IMG/VR virus record: IMGVR_UViG_3300005805_000161
Location: 1-42,260 of that record
Source: a virus
Lineage: Duplodnaviria; Caudoviricetes
DNA length: 42,260 nt
Direction: 5' to 3' (one strand)
Both the position numbers and the translations under genes were made by a program. The notes beneath the pieces are model-generated. The model worked only from the letters and a program-made list of their open reading frames with translations, searched no databases and had not been told where the DNA came from. Within the stretch, counting starts at the first letter, position 1. Each line of letters starts with the position of its first letter. Positions 9,746 to 18,946 of the stretch are shown here, piece by piece.

Positions 9746-11881
9746 GTGCCGTTACAGAAACTGCAACTACGCCCTGGAGTAAACCGTGAGGGCACTTCAC
9801 TTGCCAACGAGGGAGGTTGGTTTGAGTGCGACAAGGTTAGGTTCCGGTCTGGGTATCCGCAGAAGCTAGGCGGCTGGCAGCCTATTTCCAACAGCACCTA
9901 TGAAGGTTTCGCAAGGTCATTGTGGAATTGGGTAACGCTACGTGGTTACAACATCATGGGCGTTGGAACCAACGTCAAATATTACATAGAAAGCGGTGGT
10001 TCATATAACAATGTCACGCCTATCCGCGCAACGGAAACTTTAACAGATCCTTTTACCACAACCATAGGATCTCCTGTTGTTACGGTATCTGCTCCAGGTC
10101 ATGGCGCAATTCAAGGCGACTATGTAACTTTTTCTGGCGCTACTGCGGTAGGTGGATTAACGCTGAACGGCGAATACACGATTACTTATATATCGTCGAG
10201 CGCTTATTCAATCACTGCAAGTTCAAATGCTACGTCTAGCGCGACCGGCGGTGGAACGGTAACAGCGACTTATCAGATAAATGTTGGTCAAGCAATTTTC
10301 AGCTACACGACTGGATGGAGCGCTGGTTTGTGGGGCGGAGTTATTGACAACGCTGGTCAGACAACTCTTTCAAGCGCACTTGACGCAAGCAATTCAACAA
10401 TCGCTGTTGTTTCTACCACTGGCTTTACCAGTGGCAACGGAACAATTTTGATTGACCAAGAGCTGTCTACATACACTGGCAATACTTCTGTAACTTTTAC
10501 CGGCGCTTCGCGAGGATCCAACGGAACAATTGCGACTACGCATTCCAACGGAAGCATAGTTTATAACGCAACGTCATTTACCGGATGGGGGCAATCTGTT
10601 GCCTCGGTACCGCAACAATTGCGCTTGTGGTCTGAAACAAACTTTGGTGATTATTTAATTATCAACCCTAGAGGCGGTAGTTTGTATATGTGGGTACCTG
10701 CGTACTCACCATCTGGAAGCTTGCTGTTTTCCACTCCCGCAACACTGCTCTCCAACTCTAGCTCTGGCATTTATCAGACAGACACAAGTTGCCCGTCTGT
10801 CTGTAACTTTGTGATGGTTTCTGACTCAAGCCGATTTGTCATAGCATTTGGCTGTAACGATGTTGGTGAAACAACGATTGACCCAATGTTGGTTCGCTGG
10901 TCTGATCAAGAAAACTATCAAACATGGGTGTTGAACGACATAACCAAACAGTCTGGAAGTTTCCGCCTGTCTTCTGGATCTATGATTGTCACGGCTCAAC
11001 AGACTCGTCAGGAGATACTAGTATTTACAGATGCGGCGGTGTTCTCAATGCAATATGTTGGAGCCCCGTATGTATGGAGCTTTAATATTCTTTCGGACAA
11101 CATCTCAATAGTTGGCCCGAATGCTGTTGCTACCGCAAACAATATTACGTACTGGATGGGTGTAGACAAGTTTTACGCCTACACCGGGCGTGTGGAAACA
11201 TTACCATGTAGCCTTCGTCAATTTGTTTACAGCGACATCAACCTTGATCAGGCGTATCAGTTCTTTGCTGGAACAAATGAGGGATACAGCGAGATTTGGT
11301 GGTTCTACTGCTCGGCCAACTCGACTGTCATTGACCGATATGTTGTGTACAACTATCTGGATCAGGTCTGGTATTACGGCACGCTTGGCCGCACGGCATG
11401 GCTAGATAGTCCTCTTCGTAATTATCCGATGGGCGCAACTTACAGCCGCACGGTTGTGTACCACGAGAACGGTAATGATGACATTGAGGTAAATGGCCAA
11501 GTCAACCCGATAAGCGCATACATCCAATCATCTGACTTTGATATTGGAGATGGTCACAACTTTGGGTTTGTCTGGCGGATGATTCCTGATATCACGTTCG
11601 ACGGATCAAGCACGCCGTCCCCGAACAAGCCAGAGGTAACGTTTACGGTTAGACCCCGGCAGAACCCTGGCGCTCCCTACGGCACCGCAGATGCACCGAC
11701 GGTGGCATCTACCCAGTCTTATAACGGGGCTAAGTACTACACGGTTCAGCAGTTCACCCAGATTGTGTACACAAGGCTACGTGGCCGCCAGATGGCGTTC
11801 AAGGTCAGCTCTGACCAGCTTGGTTGTGCGTGGCAGTTAGGTGCGCCGCGAATTGATGTTCGTGCGGACGGAAGACGGTAA
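9746..11881 (+). CDS. tail tubular B / P22 gp10-like DNA-stabilisation protein
   Basis: 711 aa, beta-rich; MPLQKLQLRPGVNRE start, VRWSDQE, RLRGRQMAFK..DGRR end; precedes ejection-like genes. Confidence 0.7.
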   Translation: MPLQKLQLRPGVNREGTSLANEGGWFECDKVRFRSGYPQKLGGWQPISNSTYEGFARSLWNWVTLRGYNIMGVGTNVKYYIESGGSYNNVTPIRATETLTDPFTTTIGSPVVTVSAPGHGAIQGDYVTFSGATAVGGLTLNGEYTITYISSSAYSITASSNATSSATGGGTVTATYQINVGQAIFSYTTGWSAGLWGGVIDNAGQTTLSSALDASNSTIAVVSTTGFTSGNGTILIDQELSTYTGNTSVTFTGASRGSNGTIATTHSNGSIVYNATSFTGWGQSVASVPQQLRLWSETNFGDYLIINPRGGSLYMWVPAYSPSGSLLFSTPATLLSNSSSGIYQTDTSCPSVCNFVMVSDSSRFVIAFGCNDVGETTIDPMLVRWSDQENYQTWVLNDITKQSGSFRLSSGSMIVTAQQTRQEILVFTDAAVFSMQYVGAPYVWSFNILSDNISIVGPNAVATANNITYWMGVDKFYAYTGRVETLPCSLRQFVYSDINLDQAYQFFAGTNEGYSEIWWFYCSANSTVIDRYVVYNYLDQVWYYGTLGRTAWLDSPLRNYPMGATYSRTVVYHENGNDDIEVNGQVNPISAYIQSSDFDIGDGHNFGFVWRMIPDITFDGSSTPSPNKPEVTFTVRPRQNPGAPYGTADAPTVASTQSYNGAKYYTVQQFTQIVYTRLRGRQMAFKVSSDQLGCAWQLGAPRIDVRADGRR

Positions 11882-12540
11882 TGGCTAACGTTACCGTTAC
11901 TAACAAGATACAGACTCCGGCGGTTCCTTTTTTGCCGCTGGGTCCGGTAAATTACAACCGACAGTATCAAGATCAGCTGAACAGGGTTTTGCGCCTGTAC
12001 TTTCAGCAGCTCAACGGCGCCGTATCAACGTTCTTGGCCAACTCCGGCGGCAGGTTTGTTAGCATTCCTTGCGGTTCATTTTTTTCGAATGTGACCCAGA
12101 ATGCTTCTGCAAATGTGGCAACAGTAATAACGCTAAACAATACTGATAGCAACGGAACCATTTCAACAGCCCTATCCAATGGTAGCGTTCAGGTGTCATA
12201 TCCAGGCATTTACAACTATCAGTTCAGCGCCCAACTCGTAAACACAGATACTAAGGACTGGAACGTAGACATTTGGTTGCGCGTAGATGGAACAGATGTT
12301 TACGAATCAGCAACAACCATCACTGTCCCAAGTAAGCATGGCCAAGGCAATGGCGCGGCGGTGGCGGCTTGGAACTTTTTTGCCGTTGCAACTGCCAATA
12401 GTGTTATTGATTTGGTATGGGCTACGCCAAGCGCGACTGTATATCTTGACCATCAGGTTTCTCAGTCCAGCCCGTACGTTCGGCCATCGATTCCCTCTTT
12501 AATCAGCACAGTAACCTTTGTTTCGAGGTTGCCTGCGTGA
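11881..12540 (+). CDS. virion protein with C1q/BclA-like C-terminal beta domain
   Basis: 219 aa; N-terminal LRLYFQQL helix and GIYNYQFSAQL motif. Confidence 0.65.
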   Translation: MANVTVTNKIQTPAVPFLPLGPVNYNRQYQDQLNRVLRLYFQQLNGAVSTFLANSGGRFVSIPCGSFFSNVTQNASANVATVITLNNTDSNGTISTALSNGSVQVSYPGIYNYQFSAQLVNTDTKDWNVDIWLRVDGTDVYESATTITVPSKHGQGNGAAVAAWNFFAVATANSVIDLVWATPSATVYLDHQVSQSSPYVRPSIPSLISTVTFVSRLPA

Positions 12541-12571
12541 TACGATTGACAAAATTTCTCAAAGGTGCGTT

Positions 12572-15500
12572 ATGAGTCTGCACACCCTAGCCCAACATCT
12601 TCAGAGCGCCGGCAGAGGCGATGACAAAGTACTTGTCCATATGACTCCAGGCGAGGTCGGCGGCTTGCAGTCTCTGGCCATGGCGCATGGTGGAAGTCTT
12701 ACCATCAACCCTGAGACTGGCCTGCCGGAAGCGGGCTTTCTGTCGTCCATCCTCCCGATGGTGGCCGGTGCTGCGCTGACTGTTGCCAGCGGCGGCGCAA
12801 TCAATCCGCTTACTGCTGGGCTTATCACTGGTGCTGCTGGCACTGTCGCCACTGGTAGCTTGAGCAAGGGCCTGATGATGGGGCTGGGCGCTTATGGCGG
12901 CGCTGGTTTGGCTGGCGGTTTGGGTGGTGCTGCTGCCGCTGGATCTGCTGCTGCAAGTGCGGCTCCAACTGCTACTGCTGCTGCGGCTCCCATTCAAGGA
13001 TACACAGGATCGTTGTTACCAGCAGGAGCACCGGCTACGGTAGGCGCTGCTTCAACTGTTCCAGTAGGTTTGCAGGCAGCTACTTCTGGCACTGGCATTG
13101 CCGCACAACCTGTTGTGTCGCAGCCCGCAGGATTGGCCGGTGTTCAAGGTGGAACAACTGCTCTGTCTCCGCCGGTCGTATCTACAGCTCCTGCCACGCC
13201 CGCATCTGCGCCAAGCGTAGAGGCCGCAACGTCAATGTCCGACAGATTCAAAACCATGGGCGGAAACATCGGCAAGCTTTTTGGTTCATCGGAAGAGGAC
13301 AAAGCCTATCGTGATGCATTCTTAAAAGAGAACAAGATGCCGCTGATTGCTGGCGGTTTATCTGCGCTGTCACTGTCCCGCGAAGAGCCAAAAATGCAGC
13401 AAGAGCGTGGCGGATACACACTGTTTAATCCTACTTACAACCGCATCGCCCAGTCTGGCGGCCAGTATCAAGCAGGCGCATATCCCAGCGCGACGGGCGA
13501 GCGCAGGTATTTTGCTGATGGCGGCTTGGCAGATCTTCCGGTTGAACAGATGTCCCAACAGGCATCCACCGGCCAAAACACTAACTACCCGATGGCCAAC
13601 ATCCGTCCGTACGGCTATGCGGTTCCTCGCAACACTCCAATTTCTGAGAACGTGTTCAAGCCGATGGACTACCAGAATGTGGACCCGTACACAGGCGAAC
13701 AGAAACTTGCTGGTGGCGGTTTAGCATCTCTGGTAAGTATGGCTACTGGTGGGTTTGTTTCTCAACTGAAGGCAGTAAACAAGCCTGCAGAGCCAAAGCC
13801 ACAGCTCAAGAGCACGGCTGCACTGGAAAAGCAAATTGCAAACCTTGAGAAATACAGCAATGTTGATGAGATATACGGTCAGCGCGACAGTATCAAGGCG
13901 CAGATCAACGATCTGAAGGCAAGCAAAGCCAGCAAAGATGCAGAGGCAAAACAGGCCAAGATTGACCTTGATAAATTTATCGCTGAAACAAACAAAGAAA
14001 AAGCTGGTCAGCTAAAGAGCATCAACAGCGATTACTCTGCAACTATCAAGAGATTCCAAGATGATAAAAGTTTGACTCCGCAAGAGCGTAGTCGAATGAT
14101 TGCCGACGTTCAGAAAGAGCAGAAGGACGCGCAAGCCAGAATCAATAATGATTATGGTGGGATGATCAAAAACAGGCAGAGTGAGTATTCTGCCTTTACC
14201 AAAGATCTTGGTGGGTTCAATACGGATTACACCAAGCAGCTCAACGCTCTCAATACTGATCTTGGGAAAACCAACAACGTTGCCAACTTTGCCAAGCAAT
14301 ATCAGACCGCCGTTGCTAACCGTGACAAGCTGATTGCAGAGAACGAAAAGATTACTGGCACTGCACAACAGAAGTTTGAAGCAGACATGGCCAAGTACAA
14401 CGAGTACCAAGACAAGCTCTCGGCAGAAAAACAAGCATGGCAGGAAGAGACTGGTCGCAAGGCTACTGGCATCCAAGCTATTCGTCCGCAAACCACTACG
14501 ACTACTCTTGGTAGAGCAGATCCTGCAAAGCTAGCAGAGTTGCAGAGGAATCTTGAAAACACTCCGTACTGGGATACAAACGGTAAGGCGTATATACAAA
14601 AACAGATTGATGAACTAAAAGCTGGTTCTTCTTCTGGTTATACGCCCGCATACATCAAGGATCCAAAAACCGGTAGGCTCATCCCATCTTCTGAAGCTCC
14701 TCCTATTACAGAATTCAAGCCGTTCACAAAGGTGCCGGGTTACGACACGACTCGCCGCTTGATGGAAGAGAAGGACATTACGGCTGTGTTTGAGGACGTG
14801 GCTGGCCGTCGCCCGACAGCAGCAGAGATGCAGAAATTCTTGGGCACGCAGACAACTGACGCTGCGCTGGCCCAGTTTGCAATGAACCAGCCAGATGTAA
14901 AGGCAACCGTTCAGTACACGGATGATGATTTCCGTGAGAACTTCCAGTACTACAATGGCCGTGAGCCTACGTCTGGCGAGATGGCGGCCATGAAAAAGGC
15001 CAACATCAAGAACTTCAACCAGATGCGCAACTTCCTGCAACAGCAGCCTGCGTACCTGAAGAACTTGAACACTGTAGCCCAGCAGGCATTCCAGTCGCAG
15101 CAGAAGTCTGCCGAGGAAGCTATGGCCGAGCAAGCGCGTATGTCAGCTTCGCTTACCCCAGAGCAAGTAGCCACGGCATACCAAGACGTTCTTGGCCGCA
15201 CGCCCACTATGGAAGAGCTGCGTCAGTACATGGGTGCACAGCAGACGCAAGAAGGATTGGCAGGCGTCCTAAAAGGTTCTGAAGAATATTTGCAGAAGTT
15301 GACCCAGCCTTTGGTTCCGGGATTATCTGGCGGTAAGTACGCTCCGGGAACAGTTCTTGAATACACGCCGCAGCAACAAGCGCCAACTGGATTGGGAGCG
15401 ATTACCTCTGGGTTGCAGCCTACACCATCGGGCTTGCAGGCTCCGATGACGCGTGGCGCAGTATCAATAGAAGGGGCGCTGCCACTGAATCCCACGTTCC

Positions 15501-16060
15501 AAGAGCAGATGGGCCTGCAAACCTTGGCAACTCAAGCTGCCGAGCAAGCTCCAGCTCTCCAGACCGGATTAAAATTTGAGGCGCAGCAACCACAGAACAT
15601 ATTTGGTTTCCAGCCATATGCGGCAAATCAATTACCGCAAATTCAGCCATATCCTCCGGCAAATCAATCACCGCAAAGCATAGAGGCTGTTTTGGCCGCT
15701 CTGCGTGAGCAACAGTTGAGAGCTATGCCACAAGCAACCGGTATGGCAGAGGGTGGTTATGCTGGTGGCGGGTATCACTTGGGCGATTACTCAGACGGTG
15801 GACGTTTATTGAAAGGGCCTGGCGATGGAGTATCTGATTCAATCCCTGCTTCTATTGGGGGCAGGCAGCCTGCTCGTCTTGCTGATGGTGAATTTGTAAT
15901 CCCGGCTCGGATTGTGTCAGAGCTTGGCAACGGCTCCACGGATGCTGGTGCCCGCAAGCTGTACGCAATGATGGAAAGAGTTCAGCGCGCCCGCCGCAAG
16001 TCGGTTGGAAGAGACAAGGTAGCGGTAGATAGTAAGGCAGAGAAGCTTCTGCCTGCATGA
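12572..16060 (+). CDS. large internal virion (putative ejection) protein
   Basis: Start moved to ATG 12572; GRGDD..LVHMTPGE..LTINPETGLPEA N-terminus, hydrophobic Gly/Ala stretch, coiled coil, C-terminal GPGDGVSDSIPA..LADGEFV domain. Confidence 0.8.
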   Translation: MSLHTLAQHLQSAGRGDDKVLVHMTPGEVGGLQSLAMAHGGSLTINPETGLPEAGFLSSILPMVAGAALTVASGGAINPLTAGLITGAAGTVATGSLSKGLMMGLGAYGGAGLAGGLGGAAAAGSAAASAAPTATAAAAPIQGYTGSLLPAGAPATVGAASTVPVGLQAATSGTGIAAQPVVSQPAGLAGVQGGTTALSPPVVSTAPATPASAPSVEAATSMSDRFKTMGGNIGKLFGSSEEDKAYRDAFLKENKMPLIAGGLSALSLSREEPKMQQERGGYTLFNPTYNRIAQSGGQYQAGAYPSATGERRYFADGGLADLPVEQMSQQASTGQNTNYPMANIRPYGYAVPRNTPISENVFKPMDYQNVDPYTGEQKLAGGGLASLVSMATGGFVSQLKAVNKPAEPKPQLKSTAALEKQIANLEKYSNVDEIYGQRDSIKAQINDLKASKASKDAEAKQAKIDLDKFIAETNKEKAGQLKSINSDYSATIKRFQDDKSLTPQERSRMIADVQKEQKDAQARINNDYGGMIKNRQSEYSAFTKDLGGFNTDYTKQLNALNTDLGKTNNVANFAKQYQTAVANRDKLIAENEKITGTAQQKFEADMAKYNEYQDKLSAEKQAWQEETGRKATGIQAIRPQTTTTTLGRADPAKLAELQRNLENTPYWDTNGKAYIQKQIDELKAGSSSGYTPAYIKDPKTGRLIPSSEAPPITEFKPFTKVPGYDTTRRLMEEKDITAVFEDVAGRRPTAAEMQKFLGTQTTDAALAQFAMNQPDVKATVQYTDDDFRENFQYYNGREPTSGEMAAMKKANIKNFNQMRNFLQQQPAYLKNLNTVAQQAFQSQQKSAEEAMAEQARMSASLTPEQVATAYQDVLGRTPTMEELRQYMGAQQTQEGLAGVLKGSEEYLQKLTQPLVPGLSGGKYAPGTVLEYTPQQQAPTGLGAITSGLQPTPSGLQAPMTRGAVSIEGALPLNPTFQEQMGLQTLATQAAEQAPALQTGLKFEAQQPQNIFGFQPYAANQLPQIQPYPPANQSPQSIEAVLAALREQQLRAMPQATGMAEGGYAGGGYHLGDYSDGGRLLKGPGDGVSDSIPASIGGRQPARLADGEFVIPARIVSELGNGSTDAGARKLYAMMERVQRARRKSVGRDKVAVDSKAEKLLPA

Positions 16061-16488
16061 AGCTCGATATTGCGCTGATACCGTACGGTAGGATTGCTGG
16101 AACTATCCCGGCAATCTTGCCATACCTGATGGAGTCGGCAGAGCGCAGTCGTGGCAGGGCAACCGTAGACGATATCCTGCGGTTCTTGTTCAGCGGCGAG
16201 ATGGCTTTATGGGTTGTGTTTGATGCAGAGACCAACGAGGCGCACGGTCACTTCATCACAGAGGTCAAGCAGTACCCGCAGTGCAAGATGCTGGTAATCC
16301 AGTACGCAGCTATGACGCCGAACTACATGGCTGAGATTGAGGATCTGATGCAGCAGTACGCCGAGGAGTATGCGCGGCAGGTGGGTTGCAGGGGCATAGA
16401 GTTTGTAGGAAGGCCGGGCTGGAAGAAGCACGCCGAACGTTACGGGTACAAAGCACAGAGCGTGATGTACCAAAGATTTTTTGAGTAG
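16057..16488 (+). CDS. GNAT-like hypothetical protein
   Basis: YARQVGCRGIEFVGRPGWKK motif typical of phage acetyltransferase-like proteins among internal virion genes. Confidence 0.65.
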   Translation: MKLDIALIPYGRIAGTIPAILPYLMESAERSRGRATVDDILRFLFSGEMALWVVFDAETNEAHGHFITEVKQYPQCKMLVIQYAAMTPNYMAEIEDLMQQYAEEYARQVGCRGIEFVGRPGWKKHAERYGYKAQSVMYQRFFE

Positions 16489-16496
16489 GGGCTACC

Positions 16497-17597
16497 ATGA
16501 GCCGTATATCTTTTGGAATGATGGAAGCTGGGTTTATCCCCGGTGACTTGGGCGCTTTCAAGGCAGAGGGCGGGAAAATCAAGCTGTATGACAGTGGTGG
16601 CGGCAGTCAGCCTAGTGCGCAGACTGTCACGAACCTTTCATACCCTGAAGAGTTCAGGCCCATGGTTATGGAGACGGCCCAGCGTGCTATGGCAGAGGCA
16701 TCGGCTCCATATACGGCATATAAAGGCCAAAGGATTGCTGGTTTTGACCCGTTCCAGCTCACCGCCCAGCAGGCAGTAGCAAACCTTGCTCCGTCACAAC
16801 AGTTGGGCACTGCGTCTCAATTTGCTACTTCTGCCGGCTTGAAGGCTGGAGATGTGCAGTACTCGCCGCAACAGTTCGGCACGGCAAGCTTTACCACTCC
16901 GGGTCTAGCTGGTCTGTACATGTCGCCCTACGCCCAGAACGTAATTGATATTCAGCAGCGTGAGGCGCAGCGTCAGGCAGACATTTCCGGACAGCAACTG
17001 AAGTCTCAGGCGGTAATGCGTGGCGCTTATGGCGGATCACGTCAAGCGGTTCTTGAGGCCGAGGCGGCAAGGAATCTAGCGCAGCAGAAGGGCGATATCC
17101 AGAAGGCTGGCTTGCAGGCCGCGTACGAACAGGCTCAAAACCTCTACGGTACAGAGGCTGCAAGAGCACTACAGGCACAGCAAGCAGGCGAGCAGTCCCG
17201 TCAGTACGGCGCTGGCCTGACTATGCAAGGATTGCAGACACAGCTACAGGCGGCGCAAGGTCTGGGCGCTCTTGGGCAGGAGCAAATGCAACAACAGCAG
17301 TCAATTATCAACGCCCTACAAGCAGCAGGTCAGCAACGGCAGGCGCTCCAGCAGGCGCAGCTCACGCAGCAATACGAAGATTTCTTGCGCCAGAAACAGC
17401 ATCCTTATCAGCAGCTTGCGTTCATGCAGGAAATGCTGAAAGGTGTGCCGCAGCAGACCACGCAGGCTATCTATCAGGCACCTCCGTCCACCACGGCACA
17501 GTTGGCCGGTATGGGTACGGCGCTGTACGGCGCGAGCAAGCTGTTTGCTGGCGGCGGTCTGGCAGATCTGGCAGTTGAACATCTCTCGAAAGGTTGA
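16497..17597 (+). CDS. Gln/Ala-rich DNA-transfer/ejection protein
   Basis: YMSPY..GAYGGSRQ motif; helical and Q-rich. Confidence 0.75.
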   Translation: MSRISFGMMEAGFIPGDLGAFKAEGGKIKLYDSGGGSQPSAQTVTNLSYPEEFRPMVMETAQRAMAEASAPYTAYKGQRIAGFDPFQLTAQQAVANLAPSQQLGTASQFATSAGLKAGDVQYSPQQFGTASFTTPGLAGLYMSPYAQNVIDIQQREAQRQADISGQQLKSQAVMRGAYGGSRQAVLEAEAARNLAQQKGDIQKAGLQAAYEQAQNLYGTEAARALQAQQAGEQSRQYGAGLTMQGLQTQLQAAQGLGALGQEQMQQQQSIINALQAAGQQRQALQQAQLTQQYEDFLRQKQHPYQQLAFMQEMLKGVPQQTTQAIYQAPPSTTAQLAGMGTALYGASKLFAGGGLADLAVEHLSKG

Positions 17598-17599
17598 TC

Positions 17600-18946
17600 A
17601 TGAAGCGCGATGACTTCGGGATGCGGATAGATGAAGTCCGCGAGCTGGCTACAAAGTACAGCAAGCAGGATCTTGCTCGGATGGTGAAGATGGGCATGCT
17701 GGATCCGCAGCGCGCGCTGATGGCCGGCATGATGATCGATCGAATTGCCAAGTCAGCGATGCAGCCTCCGCAGACTACGGTGGCCGAGGATGTGCTGGCA
17801 CCACAGCAACCTACAACCGCACAGGCAGGAATCATGGCGGCTCCGGGTGCTCCACAGCCTAGCCCGGGCGTAGCAGGGCTTCCGTCAGGGTTGCAGAACA
17901 TGGCAGGCGGCGGCATCGTTGCGTTTGCAGACGGCGGCACGCCAGAGGATATGATCCGCGCCAACCGCGAGGCCAACGCTGCGCTGGCAGGGATGGGCAG
18001 AGATGATGGCCTTACTTTGCCCGGTGGCTTCAGGTTCCGTCAGTACGACATGCCCAAGCCTACGGACATCAAGTCTGAGATGGCGTTGCAGCGTGAGGCA
18101 GAGCGCGAGGCTGGTGTAGACACGGATCTGTACAAGCGTATGCGTGAGGAAGAGGCTGGCCGTCGTGATGAGCTAAAGGCTCGGCGCGAGGAAGCCAAAG
18201 GTGAAGCGCTATTGATGGCTGGTCTCGGTCTCATGGGTGCGCGCAGGGGTCAGGAGTTTGAGACTTTGGCTGGTGTTGGCCGTCAGGCGGTGCAGCAGTA
18301 CAGCGGCGCTCTGCGTGAGATCCGTGATACCGAGAAGGACATCAAGAAGACAGAGCGTGAGTTGATGTTTGCAGAAGATCGCGCCAAGCGTGATGCCTCC
18401 GGCAAGGCTCTGGGTCGAGTTCAGGCCAAGCAGGACAAGCTGGATGAACTGCAAATGCGCCAGACTGACCAGTACAACAAGGCTGCTGAGAAGGCATCTG
18501 ACTTGTTTATCACCAAGTACGGCATCGACGAGAACGCAAAGAGATCGTTGGAAGTTGCCAAGACTAGCGGCGAGTATCAACTGGCGGCAGCCCGTATTCA
18601 TGCCATGTCAGCCAATCGGCCGGGTGAAACTGAGCGACTGCTTGGCAGATATCACGACATCTTGGCTAAACAAGGTCCGGAGGCTGCCGCTAAATTTATG
18701 GGAGAGCTTGAGGCCGTTCGTGGTGGTCCTAAGCCTCAGAACGTGATGTCATACGAAGAGGCGTTCAAGATCATCGCAAACGACCCCATGAATGCCGCCA
18801 AGTCGATAGAAGAAAAGAAACGACTGGCGTTGGATATGATGGCATCTGATCCAAGGGCTACGGTCAAGGCTCCAACATCGACGCCCAACCCATTCAAACT
18901 TAGCCCAGAAGCACAGAAAGCACTGCAACAGTACGGCGGACGATAA
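17600..18946 (+). CDS. putative internal virion/ejection protein (coiled coil)
   Basis: ~448 aa helical; MAGGGIVAFADGG motif; abuts the large protein gene. Confidence 0.75.
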   Translation: MKRDDFGMRIDEVRELATKYSKQDLARMVKMGMLDPQRALMAGMMIDRIAKSAMQPPQTTVAEDVLAPQQPTTAQAGIMAAPGAPQPSPGVAGLPSGLQNMAGGGIVAFADGGTPEDMIRANREANAALAGMGRDDGLTLPGGFRFRQYDMPKPTDIKSEMALQREAEREAGVDTDLYKRMREEEAGRRDELKARREEAKGEALLMAGLGLMGARRGQEFETLAGVGRQAVQQYSGALREIRDTEKDIKKTERELMFAEDRAKRDASGKALGRVQAKQDKLDELQMRQTDQYNKAAEKASDLFITKYGIDENAKRSLEVAKTSGEYQLAAARIHAMSANRPGETERLLGRYHDILAKQGPEAAAKFMGELEAVRGGPKPQNVMSYEEAFKIIANDPMNAAKSIEEKKRLALDMMASDPRATVKAPTSTPNPFKLSPEAQKALQQYGGR

